DNA from: an uncultured virus (IMG/VR IMGVR_UViG_651053001_000005) | Lineage: Duplodnaviria; Heunggongvirae; Uroviricota; Caudoviricetes | Reading direction: 5' to 3' (one strand) | Virus record (IMG/VR): IMGVR_UViG_651053001_000005 | Location: 62,001-87,371 of that record | DNA length: 25,371 nt | Part shown: one piece after another, positions 1 to 8,786 of the stretch | How the letters are laid out: each line of letters starts with the position of its first letter | Numbering within the stretch: position 1 is the stretch's first letter | Notes under the pieces: model-generated | Seen by the model: the letters and a program-made list of their open reading frames with translations, nothing else | Told to the model about the DNA's origin: nothing | The model's database searches: none | Position numbers and translations under genes: made by a program

Positions 1-997
1 TATAATAAAAATAAAATCCTAATTCATTTTCATCTTGATCCCTATTTGATAAGCTTTCCAATAATTCGTTAGCCTTGTCGAGATTATTATTTTTTATGTA
101 ATAAAAAGCCCTAAGCTGCTGATATTTGATATCATCTGATTCATAGTTAACCCATGGATTTTCCTTGTTCCATACGTTAGCTAGGAAGCAAAGAGCGCCG
201 TTTAGCATTTCTTTATGGGTATCATTAAGAACATACTTCTTTGCCTCAATATACGCCAGCATAGCTTCTTCATAGTTTTCGAAAATTAGGGTATTTCCTA
301 TAGTCAGATGCGCAAAAAAACATATTCGGTTCACATTGGACTGCATTATTGCAATATTTGAATGTTTCCTCGCTTCGATTAAATTGTTTTCATTTAAGCT
401 TATATTCGCTTGTAACATTGACACTCTACTTTTGTACGAATCTTTTATAAATCCTTCTGGCAAGCTGCTAAAATCTAAAAGTGTTAAGGTGCTTTTCATC
501 AATCCAAACTCACCAATATTCAAGTATTTATACATCAGCATTGCATCTGAGAAAAATGACATTTCTGGGGCTTTGCATCTTCCGCACTCTCTTATTGCTT
601 CTGGTATTGAGATTTCGTTTTTATAAAGCTTTCTATGTATGCTGTAGATGTTGCCCCATTCTTGACTTGTGGTGTTTTTTGAGTTGCTTAAATTTAAAAT
701 AATCTTGTCTGTTAACGTATCCCATTGATTAATATCTGAGTATTCAACAGACTGTCTTGCGCTTTTTTTATTGGGATCCAGTGATAAGAAGTAATCACTT
801 AGAAGCTGCTCTTCATTATCAGGAAACAAGCTTTTAACAATATTAATTAAACCGCCTAAGTTGTCCATTTCTTTCTCTGGGGTGTTGATGAATTTGTAAA
901 AACCATTAACCTTTTCGTACCCTGCTATTTTTGAGAGTTTCGCTGCGAGCTGGTTGTCTTTTTCACATTCATTCTTAATCATCTGCTTAAGATTCAT
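1..997 (-). CDS. aimR: Arbitrium peptide receptor AimR (RRNPP/TPR family), phi3T-like; 3' end outside window
   Basis: Manual translation from ATG at 997 (RBS GGGGTGGAG): MNLKQMIKNECEKDNQLAAKLSKIAGYEKVNGFYKFINTPEKEMDNLGGL...SARQSVEYSDINQWDTLTDK...ENELGFYFYY, open to the window edge. Closely matches the recalled phi3T AimR. Absent from the ORF track because no stop lies in the window. Confidence 0.95.
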   Translation of the reverse strand, partial: MNLKQMIKNECEKDNQLAAKLSKIAGYEKVNGFYKFINTPEKEMDNLGGLINIVKSLFPDNEEQLLSDYFLSLDPNKKSARQSVEYSDINQWDTLTDKIILNLSNSKNTTSQEWGNIYSIHRKLYKNEISIPEAIRECGRCKAPEMSFFSDAMLMYKYLNIGEFGLMKSTLTLLDFSSLPEGFIKDSYKSRVSMLQANISLNENNLIEARKHSNIAIMQSNVNRICFFAHLTIGNTLIFENYEEAMLAYIEAKKYVLNDTHKEMLNGALCFLANVWNKENPWVNYESDDIKYQQLRAFYYIKNNNLDKANELLESLSNRDQDENELGFYFYY

Positions 998-1038
998 TGG
1001 TTACTCCACCCCTTCCCAACTAATGTTCTCTTGTTTAT

Positions 1039-1088
1039 AATATACATTAGAGTTGTCAGAATTACAAGTATTTATTTTATTTTTATTC
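1039..1088 (-). promoter_or_regulatory. sigmaA-like aimR promoter with upstream 16-bp operator-like motif
   Basis: Minus strand TTGTAA-17 nt-TATATT, preceded by GAATAAAAATAAAATA (1073-1088). Confidence 0.6.
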
Positions 1089-1137
1089 TAATTATTTTTT
1101 AAGGAATACTTATCTGTTTGAAATTCGTATTTTATTT

Positions 1138-1159
1138 AAAAAAAAGGGGGATCGCCCCC
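1138..1159 (-). terminator. Intrinsic terminator after the HEPN gene
   Basis: 5-bp G/C stem with 4-nt loop followed by a T8 run on the minus strand. Confidence 0.7.
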
Positions 1160-1164
1160 GACTT

Positions 1165-2562
1165 TTATTTGTCCAGAATAATTTTTGCTTGTGAAAATTT
1201 TCGGTTTAAATTCCTGTTTTCTTTCATACTATTTAAAATGATTTCTTCATCCAATCCTATCTTTTTCAGGATTAAAAATGTTAATAGTCCATTCATTCTT
1301 AAGGAGGCGTAATATTTCTCAACTGCTCGATGGAAAACCTTAGTTTTGTTTGTTAGATCATAGTGAGTAAGATAGTTTCTAGTCTCAACAAGTCCAAAAA
1401 TAAAACTGTCCCTTTTTTTATTATTACCCGAAAGGAAGTTTTTTGTATCTGTTGATTGTTGATTAAATAACTCCTTTAGTCGCTTCATAAGATTAACTTC
1501 ATTAATATGCTTTAACTTATTTAAGAAAAATTGCTTATGGTCAACTGAAACATTAGAATTAATAAACTCTCTTACTTTTTCAGTTTCAAATGTTAGTTCT
1601 TGGTTAAATTCTAAGCTGGAGCAATATCTTCTGTGAAATATCTCTAAACACTGAATATTTTTAATGAATTTGGTTTCCACGAACTCTTTCTGATCTTTAC
1701 TGTTCATAAATAAACTAACTATTGTACTCAGCTTTTCTCTTTCTTGAAACCAGTTATTTAACAAAGTTTCATAATTGTGTCTTACCTTATTATAATCAAA
1801 CAAGAAATTTGTATTCTTCTGTTTAAGGGCTTCTCTGTGATGTTGAAAGTATTTATATTTCAATTGTTTTTTATCTTCTGTCACGTTTAATGTGATATTT
1901 ATATCGTAGTTAATGTTGTTCATTAGAATGTTTATAAGTCTAACCTGATGATTTACATTCTCATGAAACCATTTCAAATCTTTCCTTTCTGATGGGATTA
2001 TATTAAATCCACTAACATGCTCCATAGATACACACTGTCCAGATTTTTGATTCTTAATCTTTACCCCACTAGTTTCTTGTACTACAAAATCTTTGACTGT
2101 AACCTTGTTTATGTTTATTCTCTCATAATGTATTTCATGTTTTTCACCATTAGAGTCAAATATTTGAGTGAAGGCGCTCAAACCCATCCATTCTGTTAAA
2201 TTCCCAGTTGAAAACTCAGCAGAGTCAAATTTTTCTGGAAATGCCTCTGTGTAATCTCCTACTAAAAAGCTCCTAATTTCATAAACTGAAGTGGGTATTC
2301 CAGGTGATCTAAAGTTTGATTTTCCTATTGCAAGAACATCAAGTTTATACAATTCGCCATCTACTGATATTCCATTGATAACTTTTGGAGTGTCACCAAT
2401 ATCAATAAAGTCATTAACTAATGTACCCATTATCTCTAATGTGATTTCTTCTGGTTTATATATTAACGTACCTGGAACTTGATTTTCTTTATCTTTATCA
2501 ATCCACCAATACCCTTGTACAGAAAAAACATCAAAAATATCTTTATTTACTATGTTTTTCAT
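1165..2562 (-). CDS. ApeA-like protein (ApeA N-terminal domain plus C-terminal HEPN RNase); probable anti-phage defence
   Basis: 465 aa. N-terminal GYWW...VPGTLIY...ITLEIMG pattern typical of ApeA_NTD1. C-terminal HEPN with IQCLEIFHR helix and RxxxxH motif (ETRNYLTHYD). Confidence 0.8.
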   Translation of the reverse strand: MKNIVNKDIFDVFSVQGYWWIDKDKENQVPGTLIYKPEEITLEIMGTLVNDFIDIGDTPKVINGISVDGELYKLDVLAIGKSNFRSPGIPTSVYEIRSFLVGDYTEAFPEKFDSAEFSTGNLTEWMGLSAFTQIFDSNGEKHEIHYERININKVTVKDFVVQETSGVKIKNQKSGQCVSMEHVSGFNIIPSERKDLKWFHENVNHQVRLINILMNNINYDINITLNVTEDKKQLKYKYFQHHREALKQKNTNFLFDYNKVRHNYETLLNNWFQEREKLSTIVSLFMNSKDQKEFVETKFIKNIQCLEIFHRRYCSSLEFNQELTFETEKVREFINSNVSVDHKQFFLNKLKHINEVNLMKRLKELFNQQSTDTKNFLSGNNKKRDSFIFGLVETRNYLTHYDLTNKTKVFHRAVEKYYASLRMNGLLTFLILKKIGLDEEIILNSMKENRNLNRKFSQAKIILDK

Positions 2563-2728
2563 AACTAAACTCCTTTTGCAATTAATGATTTTAATAAGGG
2601 TTAATACTCAGAAGGGAGCTTGTTTGTTCCTTTTAATCACTCACTTAAGTCGTAAATACAACTTTAATTGTTTCTCTCTTTCAATTTATTTCTCTTTAAC
2701 ATGATTATTTCATGGCCTTACTCTACAT

Positions 2729-2860
2729 TTAAAGCCGCTTCCATTCAACATACTCAAATCGCTGCTGATAAAGTTCTTCAAGGATTGCGGCCCATTCAAC
2801 CCAGCCGTCCGCAACAATGCTTTTCTTCTCTCCATCCTCAATCCATTCAATCCAGTACAC
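2729..2860 (-). CDS. yopG: Small SPbeta protein YopG-like, 43 aa
   Basis: GTG start with RBS AAGGGGTG; MYWIEWIEDGEKKSIVADGWVEWAAILEELYQQRFEYVEWKRL; synteny yopE-yopF-yopG; below the ORF-track cutoff. Confidence 0.8.
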   Translation of the reverse strand: MYWIEWIEDGEKKSIVADGWVEWAAILEELYQQRFEYVEWKRL

Positions 2861-2871
2861 CTGAACACCCC

Positions 2872-3087
2872 TTACCGAGTAATAACTTCAATCTGTCTTA
2901 TAGCAGAAGTGACTTTAAACTCTGTATGTAGCTCGTTTGAGATCACTAAAGCTTCTGACATTGTAGTAAACTTAGAAGCGCCATGAAGCCCCTTAGATGA
3001 CTTATAACCACTACCATCCAACTTAAATGACCTGAAGTAATCATTATTTTCAAATTGAATGACAAAAAAGTTATCGATTACCGGCAT
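2872..3087 (-). CDS. yopF: SPbeta YopF-like hypothetical protein, 71 aa
   Basis: RBS GAGGGG; size and position between yopE and yopG. Confidence 0.75.
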   Translation of the reverse strand: MPVIDNFFVIQFENNDYFRSFKLDGSGYKSSKGLHGASKFTTMSEALVISNELHTEFKVTSAIRQIEVITR

Positions 3088-3089
3088 GA

Positions 3090-3341
3090 TTATCCCCTCT
3101 TCAGCAGCCCAACAATTTTTATCCCTAATGGCAGAAATCCAATTAGTATATAAAACACCATGATATTTATTTTATTCTTAAAGAACAATTCAATCATGTT
3201 TTGCTCCATTCCTGGTGAAAAGGAATTAATAAGCTCCTGTTTAAAATCCTCATCGTAAACTTGATCAACGAATAAGGCTTTAAATCCCGTCAGGAAGCCA
3301 ACACCAAGCCAGAGTATTAAGAAATACGAAAATCCAATCAT
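3090..3341 (-). CDS. yopE: SPbeta YopE-like small membrane protein, 83 aa
   Basis: Start moved to ATG 3341 (RBS AAGGAGGAGG); two hydrophobic segments; synteny. Confidence 0.75.
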   Translation of the reverse strand: MIGFSYFLILWLGVGFLTGFKALFVDQVYDEDFKQELINSFSPGMEQNMIELFFKNKINIMVFYILIGFLPLGIKIVGLLKRG

Positions 3342-3411
3342 AAAACCCTCCTCCTTATATACATCGTCTGGTATTATAGTAGAGTTAAATATCCTATGTA
3401 GGTGAATTTGT

Positions 3412-3594
3412 ATGGAAGAGAAAAATTTTGAGACAAATGGGTATGATGTTTCTGTCATTTACGATTATAAGGAGTACCCTGATGTTAAGTATGGTCGCTG
3501 TGACAACTGTGATTACACTCTGTTTAAGAGTTCAGTGAAAAGTGGCGTGTTTTTACGCGAGTGTCGTAGATGTGGGATGAAGAAGAGTATCTAA
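3412..3594 (+). CDS. Small zinc-ribbon protein, 60 aa
   Basis: RBS AGGTGA; CDNC...CRRC; divergent from yopE. Confidence 0.75.
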   Translation: MEEKNFETNGYDVSVIYDYKEYPDVKYGRCDNCDYTLFKSSVKSGVFLRECRRCGMKKSI

Positions 3595-3604
3595 ACACTC
3601 TTCT

Positions 3605-3889
3605 TCATTTATTTTTAGGCTTGATTTCAATTTCAAGATCTAAGCCGTCTAGAATTTTGAGTAAAGTGTCCACATTGTAGTTCTTACCGTTAGTAACTCT
3701 AATAATTTGTGGATGTTTTAAATTAACCTTTTCAGCTAATTTCCTGACTGAAAGCTTATTTTTATCTAGTCCATCTTTAATTGCATTAATGATCTTAAGT
3801 TTAGGTACAGAGATAGAATAATATTCTTCAGGAACTTCCATAATGTCTTCAATATTCATTTCAATAATATCGTCTTTATTTGATACCAT
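3605..3889 (-). CDS. XRE-family HTH regulator, ~94 aa
   Basis: LSVRKLAEKVNLKHPQIIRVTNGKNYNVDTLLKILDGLDL HTH; likely start ATG 3889; own promoter just upstream. Confidence 0.8.
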   Translation of the reverse strand: MVSNKDDIIEMNIEDIMEVPEEYYSISVPKLKIINAIKDGLDKNKLSVRKLAEKVNLKHPQIIRVTNGKNYNVDTLLKILDGLDLEIEIKPKNK

Positions 3890-3915
3890 AAATCCATCAA
3901 TCCTTTCTAGATAGA

Positions 3916-3945
3916 ATGGTACCATATGAGTTACCACTTTGCAAT
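3916..3945 (-). promoter_or_regulatory. sigmaA promoter with overlapping imperfect palindrome (candidate operator)
   Basis: Minus strand TTGCAA-17 nt-TACCAT with extended -10 TG; contains GTGGTAACTCATATGGTACCAT. Confidence 0.55.
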
Positions 3946-3948
3946 CTT

Positions 3949-4107
3949 TTATTTCACTGGAATCATGTAGCTTACATATACTTCAATTCCATCTTCAGTT
4001 CTATATTTTGCAATCTTGTCTGGATCAGATTCAATCTTTTCAATAAGTCGCTTTGCGCCTTTATTTCCCTTTTCACTATTGGTTACAGCAATCCAAGACC
4101 AATAATA
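3949..4107 (-). pseudogene. Possible 3' remnant of a gene lacking a start codon
   Basis: Open frame YYWSWIAVTNSEKGNKGAKRLIEKIESDPDKIAKYRTEDGIEVYVSYMIPVK* bounded upstream by TAA at 4108-4110; protein-like composition, no RBS or start. Confidence 0.4.
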
Positions 4108-4166
4108 TTAAAAAATAGATGCAGCTTTTTAGTATTAAAGCAAGTTCCCTGTCTTAATTTTTTCCA

Positions 4167-4649
4167 TTAACTATGTCGTTGATCAATAAACTCGCTTGCA
4201 TATCGGTATAGCTCTTTATATTCCGTTTCATCAACTGGAGACTCTATTAATTCAACCCCGTTCTTTACGGCAGTGTAGGTTCTTCCATCATGGGGATACG
4301 TTTCCCAGACAACTGGGATTGTAATATTTTTGAAGTTTGAAAGTTTTTTAGATTTTTTAAATTCTTCTCTTTCAGTTATCCTAGAAGCTGCGATGTCTAT
4401 TATCTCGCCATGCAGTAATACCCACATATGAAATTCGAACGGAGGATTCCACTTGTATTGAACTGGTAATGATGGAAATATAACTGATCCTGCTTTTAAT
4501 TTTGCATTTTTATTGTATTTCTCTTTCAATAAATCTTTTGTTAGATAAGATGTATAAACACACGCGTCGCCTATTCTTATCCCAGATTTATCAAAAGCAA
4601 AGAAAATACTTTCCACAATATTTTTTTGAATAAGCTCTTTATTGTTCAT
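4167..4649 (-). CDS. Hypothetical protein with transglutaminase/papain-like Cys-His-Asp pattern, 160 aa
   Basis: GDACVYTS...FHMWV...EIIDIA; RBS GGAGGGG. Confidence 0.65.
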   Translation of the reverse strand: MNNKELIQKNIVESIFFAFDKSGIRIGDACVYTSYLTKDLLKEKYNKNAKLKAGSVIFPSLPVQYKWNPPFEFHMWVLLHGEIIDIAASRITEREEFKKSKKLSNFKNITIPVVWETYPHDGRTYTAVKNGVELIESPVDETEYKELYRYASEFIDQRHS

Positions 4650-4681
4650 TTTGCCCCTCCGTAGTCGTTAAAAGAATGATT

Positions 4682-5071
4682 TTATTCAGTAACACCATTT
4701 TCATATTCAAGGTTGTATGTTGATATTTCGTGTACTCCTATATCCCCTGCAAAGTTTCCATCCTCATGTTCCTGTTGTAAATAAACCTCTTTATCTTTTT
4801 CGAAGATTTCTCTTGCTTCATCTAATTCAGTTACAGCTTGCGATCCCATTCGATCTGTTACAGTAAAAACTAAGCACCGTTTTAACTCGGTACCATCTTT
4901 AAGGACTACGTCTGCCATGACGTACCCATTTGGCTTTAGTTCGCCAATTTCATTACGTCTTTTATCGATTGCCTCTTGAAGAACCACAGAAACAGTATTG
5001 TTATCAGACTCACTTAAAGCCATTTCTAATTCTTCAATTTCCTCAAGTAACACTTGAATTTCCTCTCTCAT
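4682..5071 (-). CDS. Acidic phage hypothetical protein, ~129 aa
   Basis: RBS AAGGGAG; N-terminal coiled coil; part of the operon downstream of yopB. Confidence 0.8.
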   Translation of the reverse strand: MREEIQVLLEEIEELEMALSESDNNTVSVVLQEAIDKRRNEIGELKPNGYVMADVVLKDGTELKRCLVFTVTDRMGSQAVTELDEAREIFEKDKEVYLQQEHEDGNFAGDIGVHEISTYNLEYENGVTE

Positions 5072-5113
5072 TTTCATCTCTCCCTTTGTTGTTAAATGAA
5101 TCATTATCTCTAT

Positions 5114-5350
5114 TTAAGCACCCTGAGTATAGCCTGATTTGTCAATAGTTACGAGATGTTCAATGTCATCATAGTACTCTGCGTTCATGACCTCATATAT
5201 ATCAATCCCAAGATTCTTTTCCAAATTTCTTTTGGCATGTAAAACAATCATATTATCTGCATTAATACCATTAGGCATTTGTGGTACACCCGCATCTGTT
5301 TTGATTTCTACACCGTTTACATTGAAAGTTACTTTTACTGTATTTTGCAT
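5114..5350 (-). CDS. Phage hypothetical protein, 78 aa
   Basis: RBS AGGAGAGG; co-oriented operon. Confidence 0.8.
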   Translation of the reverse strand: MQNTVKVTFNVNGVEIKTDAGVPQMPNGINADNMIVLHAKRNLEKNLGIDIYEVMNAEYYDDIEHLVTIDKSGYTQGA

Positions 5351-5388
5351 TGTAACCTCTCCTATTCCCTATGAAAGTACGATTTTAT

Positions 5389-5766
5389 TTAAACATTGCA
5401 TTTAATATATTCGTCAAAATCCGGAAAGATAAGCCAGTCATTTGTCATCAGCTCATCCACTTTTTGCAAAAATTCTTTTGATCTGCCTTTCAATTTAAAA
5501 TCGCCGTCTCCTCCATAAAATTCGCTCAAGCCTTCATAACCGCCTGATTTGTAGTCTGATATAAAACATCTCCCATCAAAATTCCTATTGTTTCCTGCCT
5601 TTTCTGAATCTATAATTGCACGAGTTTCTTCCTCTATTGCTTCAAAATTGTAACTCTTTGCAATCCGATTTACCTCTGTCAATCTGGAGATGATTTCATC
5701 TGACCAGTTACCCCTCACATCTCTTAGAAGTGCTTCCATTAAGATGATTTCTTCTTGCTTTATCAT
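5389..5766 (-). CDS. Phage hypothetical protein, ~125 aa
   Basis: Start moved to ATG 5766 (RBS GAGGAGG). Confidence 0.8.
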   Translation of the reverse strand: MIKQEEIILMEALLRDVRGNWSDEIISRLTEVNRIAKSYNFEAIEEETRAIIDSEKAGNNRNFDGRCFISDYKSGGYEGLSEFYGGDGDFKLKGRSKEFLQKVDELMTNDWLIFPDFDEYIKCNV

Positions 5767-5797
5767 GGCCTTTCCTCCTCTAATTAAGTTTGTATTC

Positions 5798-5989
5798 CTA
5801 CTCCATAACCTTCCCTTCAAGTACAACCTCACTTGCAGTCCAAGTGATCTCATTAACTCCATTCTCATCCATCAAGGTTTTCGCTTTACTATCCGCGCTC
5901 ACTTTTAGGTCTTCCAAACTTTCGGCTTTAATTATATCGGCTAATAGCATATAGTCCTGATCGTAAAATTTTACTGAATAATCCTTCAT
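5798..5989 (-). CDS. Phage hypothetical protein, 63 aa
   Basis: Start ATG 5989 (MKDYSVK), RBS AAGGAGAG. Confidence 0.75.
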   Translation of the reverse strand: MKDYSVKFYDQDYMLLADIIKAESLEDLKVSADSKAKTLMDENGVNEITWTASEVVLEGKVME

Positions 5990-6071
5990 ATATTCTCTCT
6001 CCTTTTGTTGTAATGTGCGCTTTAACTTAACCTTGAAAATTTTCATTCCCTTACTTTTTTTGTAACTTTAG

Positions 6072-6098
6072 TATACCATGATCACTTTAAGTGATCAA
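6072..6098 (-). promoter_or_regulatory. sigmaA promoter overlapped by the perfect 19-bp palindrome TGATCACTT-T-AAGTGATCA
   Basis: Minus strand TTGATC-17 nt-TATACT with TG; palindrome at 6079-6097; second copy with 2 mismatches at 6336-6354. Confidence 0.7.
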
Positions 6099-6105
6099 TA
6101 TCTTT

Positions 6106-6309
6106 TTAATCTTTTTTGTAAATCAACAGCTCATGCAACTCAATATCTAAATATGTACAAACTTTATCAAGCAGATCCCTTGGATACCGCTCCATTTCGT
6201 CATGATACAGCTTTCTAACTGTGTTGAAACCATGGTCAATATCATTGGACAGCTTTCGAATACTGATATTCCTTTCGTCTAATATCGGCTTTAAATTTGA
6301 TTTAATCAA
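6106..6309 (-). CDS. yopB: Cro/C1-type HTH regulator, YopB-like
   Basis: [53 protein letters not shown] resembles recalled SPbeta YopB; TTG start with RBS GAGGT. Confidence 0.8.
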   Translation of the reverse strand: MIKSNLKPILDERNISIRKLSNDIDHGFNTVRKLYHDEMERYPRDLLDKVCTYLDIELHELLIYKKD

Positions 6310-6364
6310 TTTAACTACCTCGCATTCATTATGTATGATCACTTTAAATTATCATTATATCCAT

Positions 6365-6390
6365 AAAAAAGGTCAAGGATATACCTTGAC
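6365..6390 (-). terminator. Intrinsic terminator
   Basis: Minus strand GTCAAGG-TATAT-CCTTGAC followed by CTTTTTT. Confidence 0.7.
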
Positions 6391-6402
6391 TATGTATTAA
6401 GC

Positions 6403-6840
6403 TTACCAATCAAATGAATCTTCATGTTCAAATCCATAAATACCTTTAATCCACACGTCTCCGCAGCCTGGATTCTTTGTAATCTCTAACACATGATTAC
6501 GATTTGCATCTCCCTCTACTCGATCTGCAGCAGTATAGTCGGCATAGTTCCCTACAAACTGCTTTTCACTACGTGGGAATACCCAGCCAGAAAGAGTTAT
6601 CCTACTGATTTTCATATTTAGAGTACACCCTTCAGCATTGTTAATTGTGAATTTGTAGAAGAGCCAAGTGCGATCAAAATTCCGATCAAAATAATCTGCC
6701 ATTGAAAAACTCTCTGAATCCTCACTCATGTGAAAATCCACATTTTTGTAGTCTAATGTAAGCTTCGCCTCAGCACTTGGTGTCGTGAAACACGAGATGA
6801 AACCAATGCAAATTACAGCCAAAAAGATTAGCTTTTTCAT
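6403..6840 (-). CDS. Secreted hypothetical protein, 145 aa
   Basis: Sec signal peptide MKKLIFLAVICIGF...AEA; RBS GGGGGAG. Confidence 0.8.
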   Translation of the reverse strand: MKKLIFLAVICIGFISCFTTPSAEAKLTLDYKNVDFHMSEDSESFSMADYFDRNFDRTWLFYKFTINNAEGCTLNMKISRITLSGWVFPRSEKQFVGNYADYTAADRVEGDANRNHVLEITKNPGCGDVWIKGIYGFEHEDSFDW

Positions 6841-7145
6841 TTACTCTCCCCCTTTTCCAAATTATACTATATTTGAAATAAAGGCGAAAGAACAGGCAGA
6901 AGCTTCGTGATTCATCTGTATTCTTCATGATATAGCTAGATATACATGTATCTATGAATATCTACATGTATTTATAAGTATCTATACCTCCCTACACCAT
7001 ACAAATATACCTTATTGAGAACAAAAAATAAATATTTTTGTTCATTTTAAAGAACAATTCTTCCATTTTTATGATATAATCATCACTGCTTATAGGTAGC
7101 CTTACTGCTTATTCGCCATATGGTATAGGAAAGAGGTTCTTAAAA

Positions 7146-8237
7146 ATGAACGTAAAGCATTTTAATTGTTTCTTTGTTATCAGGCTGTTTGCTGCTCTGT
7201 GTGTGCTGGTTGGCCATGCTACAAGAGACTTAAACATTTCTGTCTTTGGTTATACCCCAGAGAGTAAAGCATTGTTTCACACCGGCATATCAATCTTCTT
7301 TTTTCTAAGCGCATTTTTTCTTTTCACTTCTTATGAAAGATCCAGGCTTAAAGGAAATAATGTAACCGATTTTTATTGGAGCCGTATTATCAGGATCGCG
7401 CCCGCAATTTACACCTATGCTATTGCCTCCACCATCCTGTTAATTGTTCTAGGAGCTCTTTCATTAACAGTATTCACTACTAAAGAGTACTGGACATGGC
7501 TTCTTAGCAATTTTGTGTTATACCCTCAATACTTCCCTGACATATTCCATCACATTGGCACAGGTCGCCTTAACGATTCACTTTGGACAATTCCTGTTCA
7601 GATTAGCTTTTACCTTGTTTTACCCGCAATTTATTGGTTTTATAAACGTTTCGGATTCCAAAAAATGATTCTTTGCTCTTTTGCTGCTGCCGCTTTCAGT
7701 GTGTTAGTCTCTTTCATAATTTTAAAGTTCGCCCCTGGCAGTGTTTTCGGCAACCTGTACTTACATTCTTTCCTGCCGCAGATGTTTTATTTCACTTTAG
7801 GTATCTTCTGGGCTAAGGCATGGAGTAAGTCACCGCAGCACCTTGTTTTATTTTTATCGTCTGTTACTTTATTTTTATTCTGTAAAATTGACCCTTTACA
7901 TCTGAGCTCAATAAACAGCACATTATGGAGCTTTTCATGGTTCGTGCCTTTGAGTTATGCAATTGTCTGGTTCGGTTACAATGGGCCGAAGATATTTTGG
8001 CAGCTGAACCGGTTAGATGATATCAGTATGGGGATTTTCATATGGCACATGGTGATTATCAACGTCTTCCTATACACCGGAATTAATAAAACACTGTCTG
8101 ATTACCCGTTGATCATAGTTCTAATTGCTGTCACTGCTGCAATCGCATTTCTTTCGTACAGAATAGTGGAAAAACCCGCTCTTAAATTGCGTAATATCAA
8201 GAAAAACAAACCAGTCAAAACAAGGATTGCGAGCTAA
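7146..8237 (+). CDS. Membrane acyltransferase-3 (OafA/YrhL-like O-acyltransferase)
   Basis: IRLFAALCVLVGH, FFFLSAF, FYWSRIIRIAP, SLWTIPVQISFY, DISMGIFIWH, SYRIVEKP motifs; about 10 TM helices. Confidence 0.9.
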   Translation: MNVKHFNCFFVIRLFAALCVLVGHATRDLNISVFGYTPESKALFHTGISIFFFLSAFFLFTSYERSRLKGNNVTDFYWSRIIRIAPAIYTYAIASTILLIVLGALSLTVFTTKEYWTWLLSNFVLYPQYFPDIFHHIGTGRLNDSLWTIPVQISFYLVLPAIYWFYKRFGFQKMILCSFAAAAFSVLVSFIILKFAPGSVFGNLYLHSFLPQMFYFTLGIFWAKAWSKSPQHLVLFLSSVTLFLFCKIDPLHLSSINSTLWSFSWFVPLSYAIVWFGYNGPKIFWQLNRLDDISMGIFIWHMVIINVFLYTGINKTLSDYPLIIVLIAVTAAIAFLSYRIVEKPALKLRNIKKNKPVKTRIAS

Positions 8238-8311
8238 TGGCCAAGGGCTGTTCATGTAGGCAGCCCGTATCCCATTTAGCATGAAATGGTGTTTTTATTT
8301 AGAGTGCTCAG

Positions 8312-8689
8312 TTACTTAACCGCAACTTTTTGTACAAGTATAGAGTCCCAAATCCAAAAGATCAGGGCAAAAAATACGCTGAATAAATATATCTCATAAC
8401 TCGCTAATATAGACCCTATGGGATTATAAGGTTCAAAGAGAACGACCATGATTAGCCATACAACAAATGAAGACACTGTGTATATAAAGAGATAATTAAT
8501 ATTGAACCTTCTAGGTTTTCGGTTTAAGATAAGCTGCAATGGCAATTCAAAAATTAAATAACATGTCAACATGATCCCACTAATTATAAGATAAGGGACA
8601 TATTCAGCTTGATTCAGGATGATCACATATACCAGTGTGGCACATATGACCGACAAAATAAGGACAGCTAGGTATCTTACTGCAATCAA
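8312..8689 (-). CDS. UPF0715-like four-TM membrane protein
   Basis: YLIFELPLQLILNRKPRRFNINYLFIY pattern; TTG start with RBS AAGGGGAG. Confidence 0.7.
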   Translation of the reverse strand: MIAVRYLAVLILSVICATLVYVIILNQAEYVPYLIISGIMLTCYLIFELPLQLILNRKPRRFNINYLFIYTVSSFVVWLIMVVLFEPYNPIGSILASYEIYLFSVFFALIFWIWDSILVQKVAVK

Positions 8690-8786
8690 ATCTATCTCCC
8701 CTTAAACGCTGTATTTCATTCAAAGAACGAATTATCAAATTTAAATTTTAAAATTTTCATTGAAATTGCGTCAATATGGACTAAAA

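Noticed and set aside
336..702. Plus-strand ORFs of 96 and 73 aa
   Set aside because: Antisense shadows of aimR.
2668..2931. 87-aa plus-strand ORF
   Set aside because: Overlaps yopG and yopF on the opposite strand, which have RBSs and recognisable products.
3605..4170. RelE/HigB-type toxin paired with the XRE protein
   Set aside because: The upstream frame lacks a start and shows no recognisable RelE motifs.
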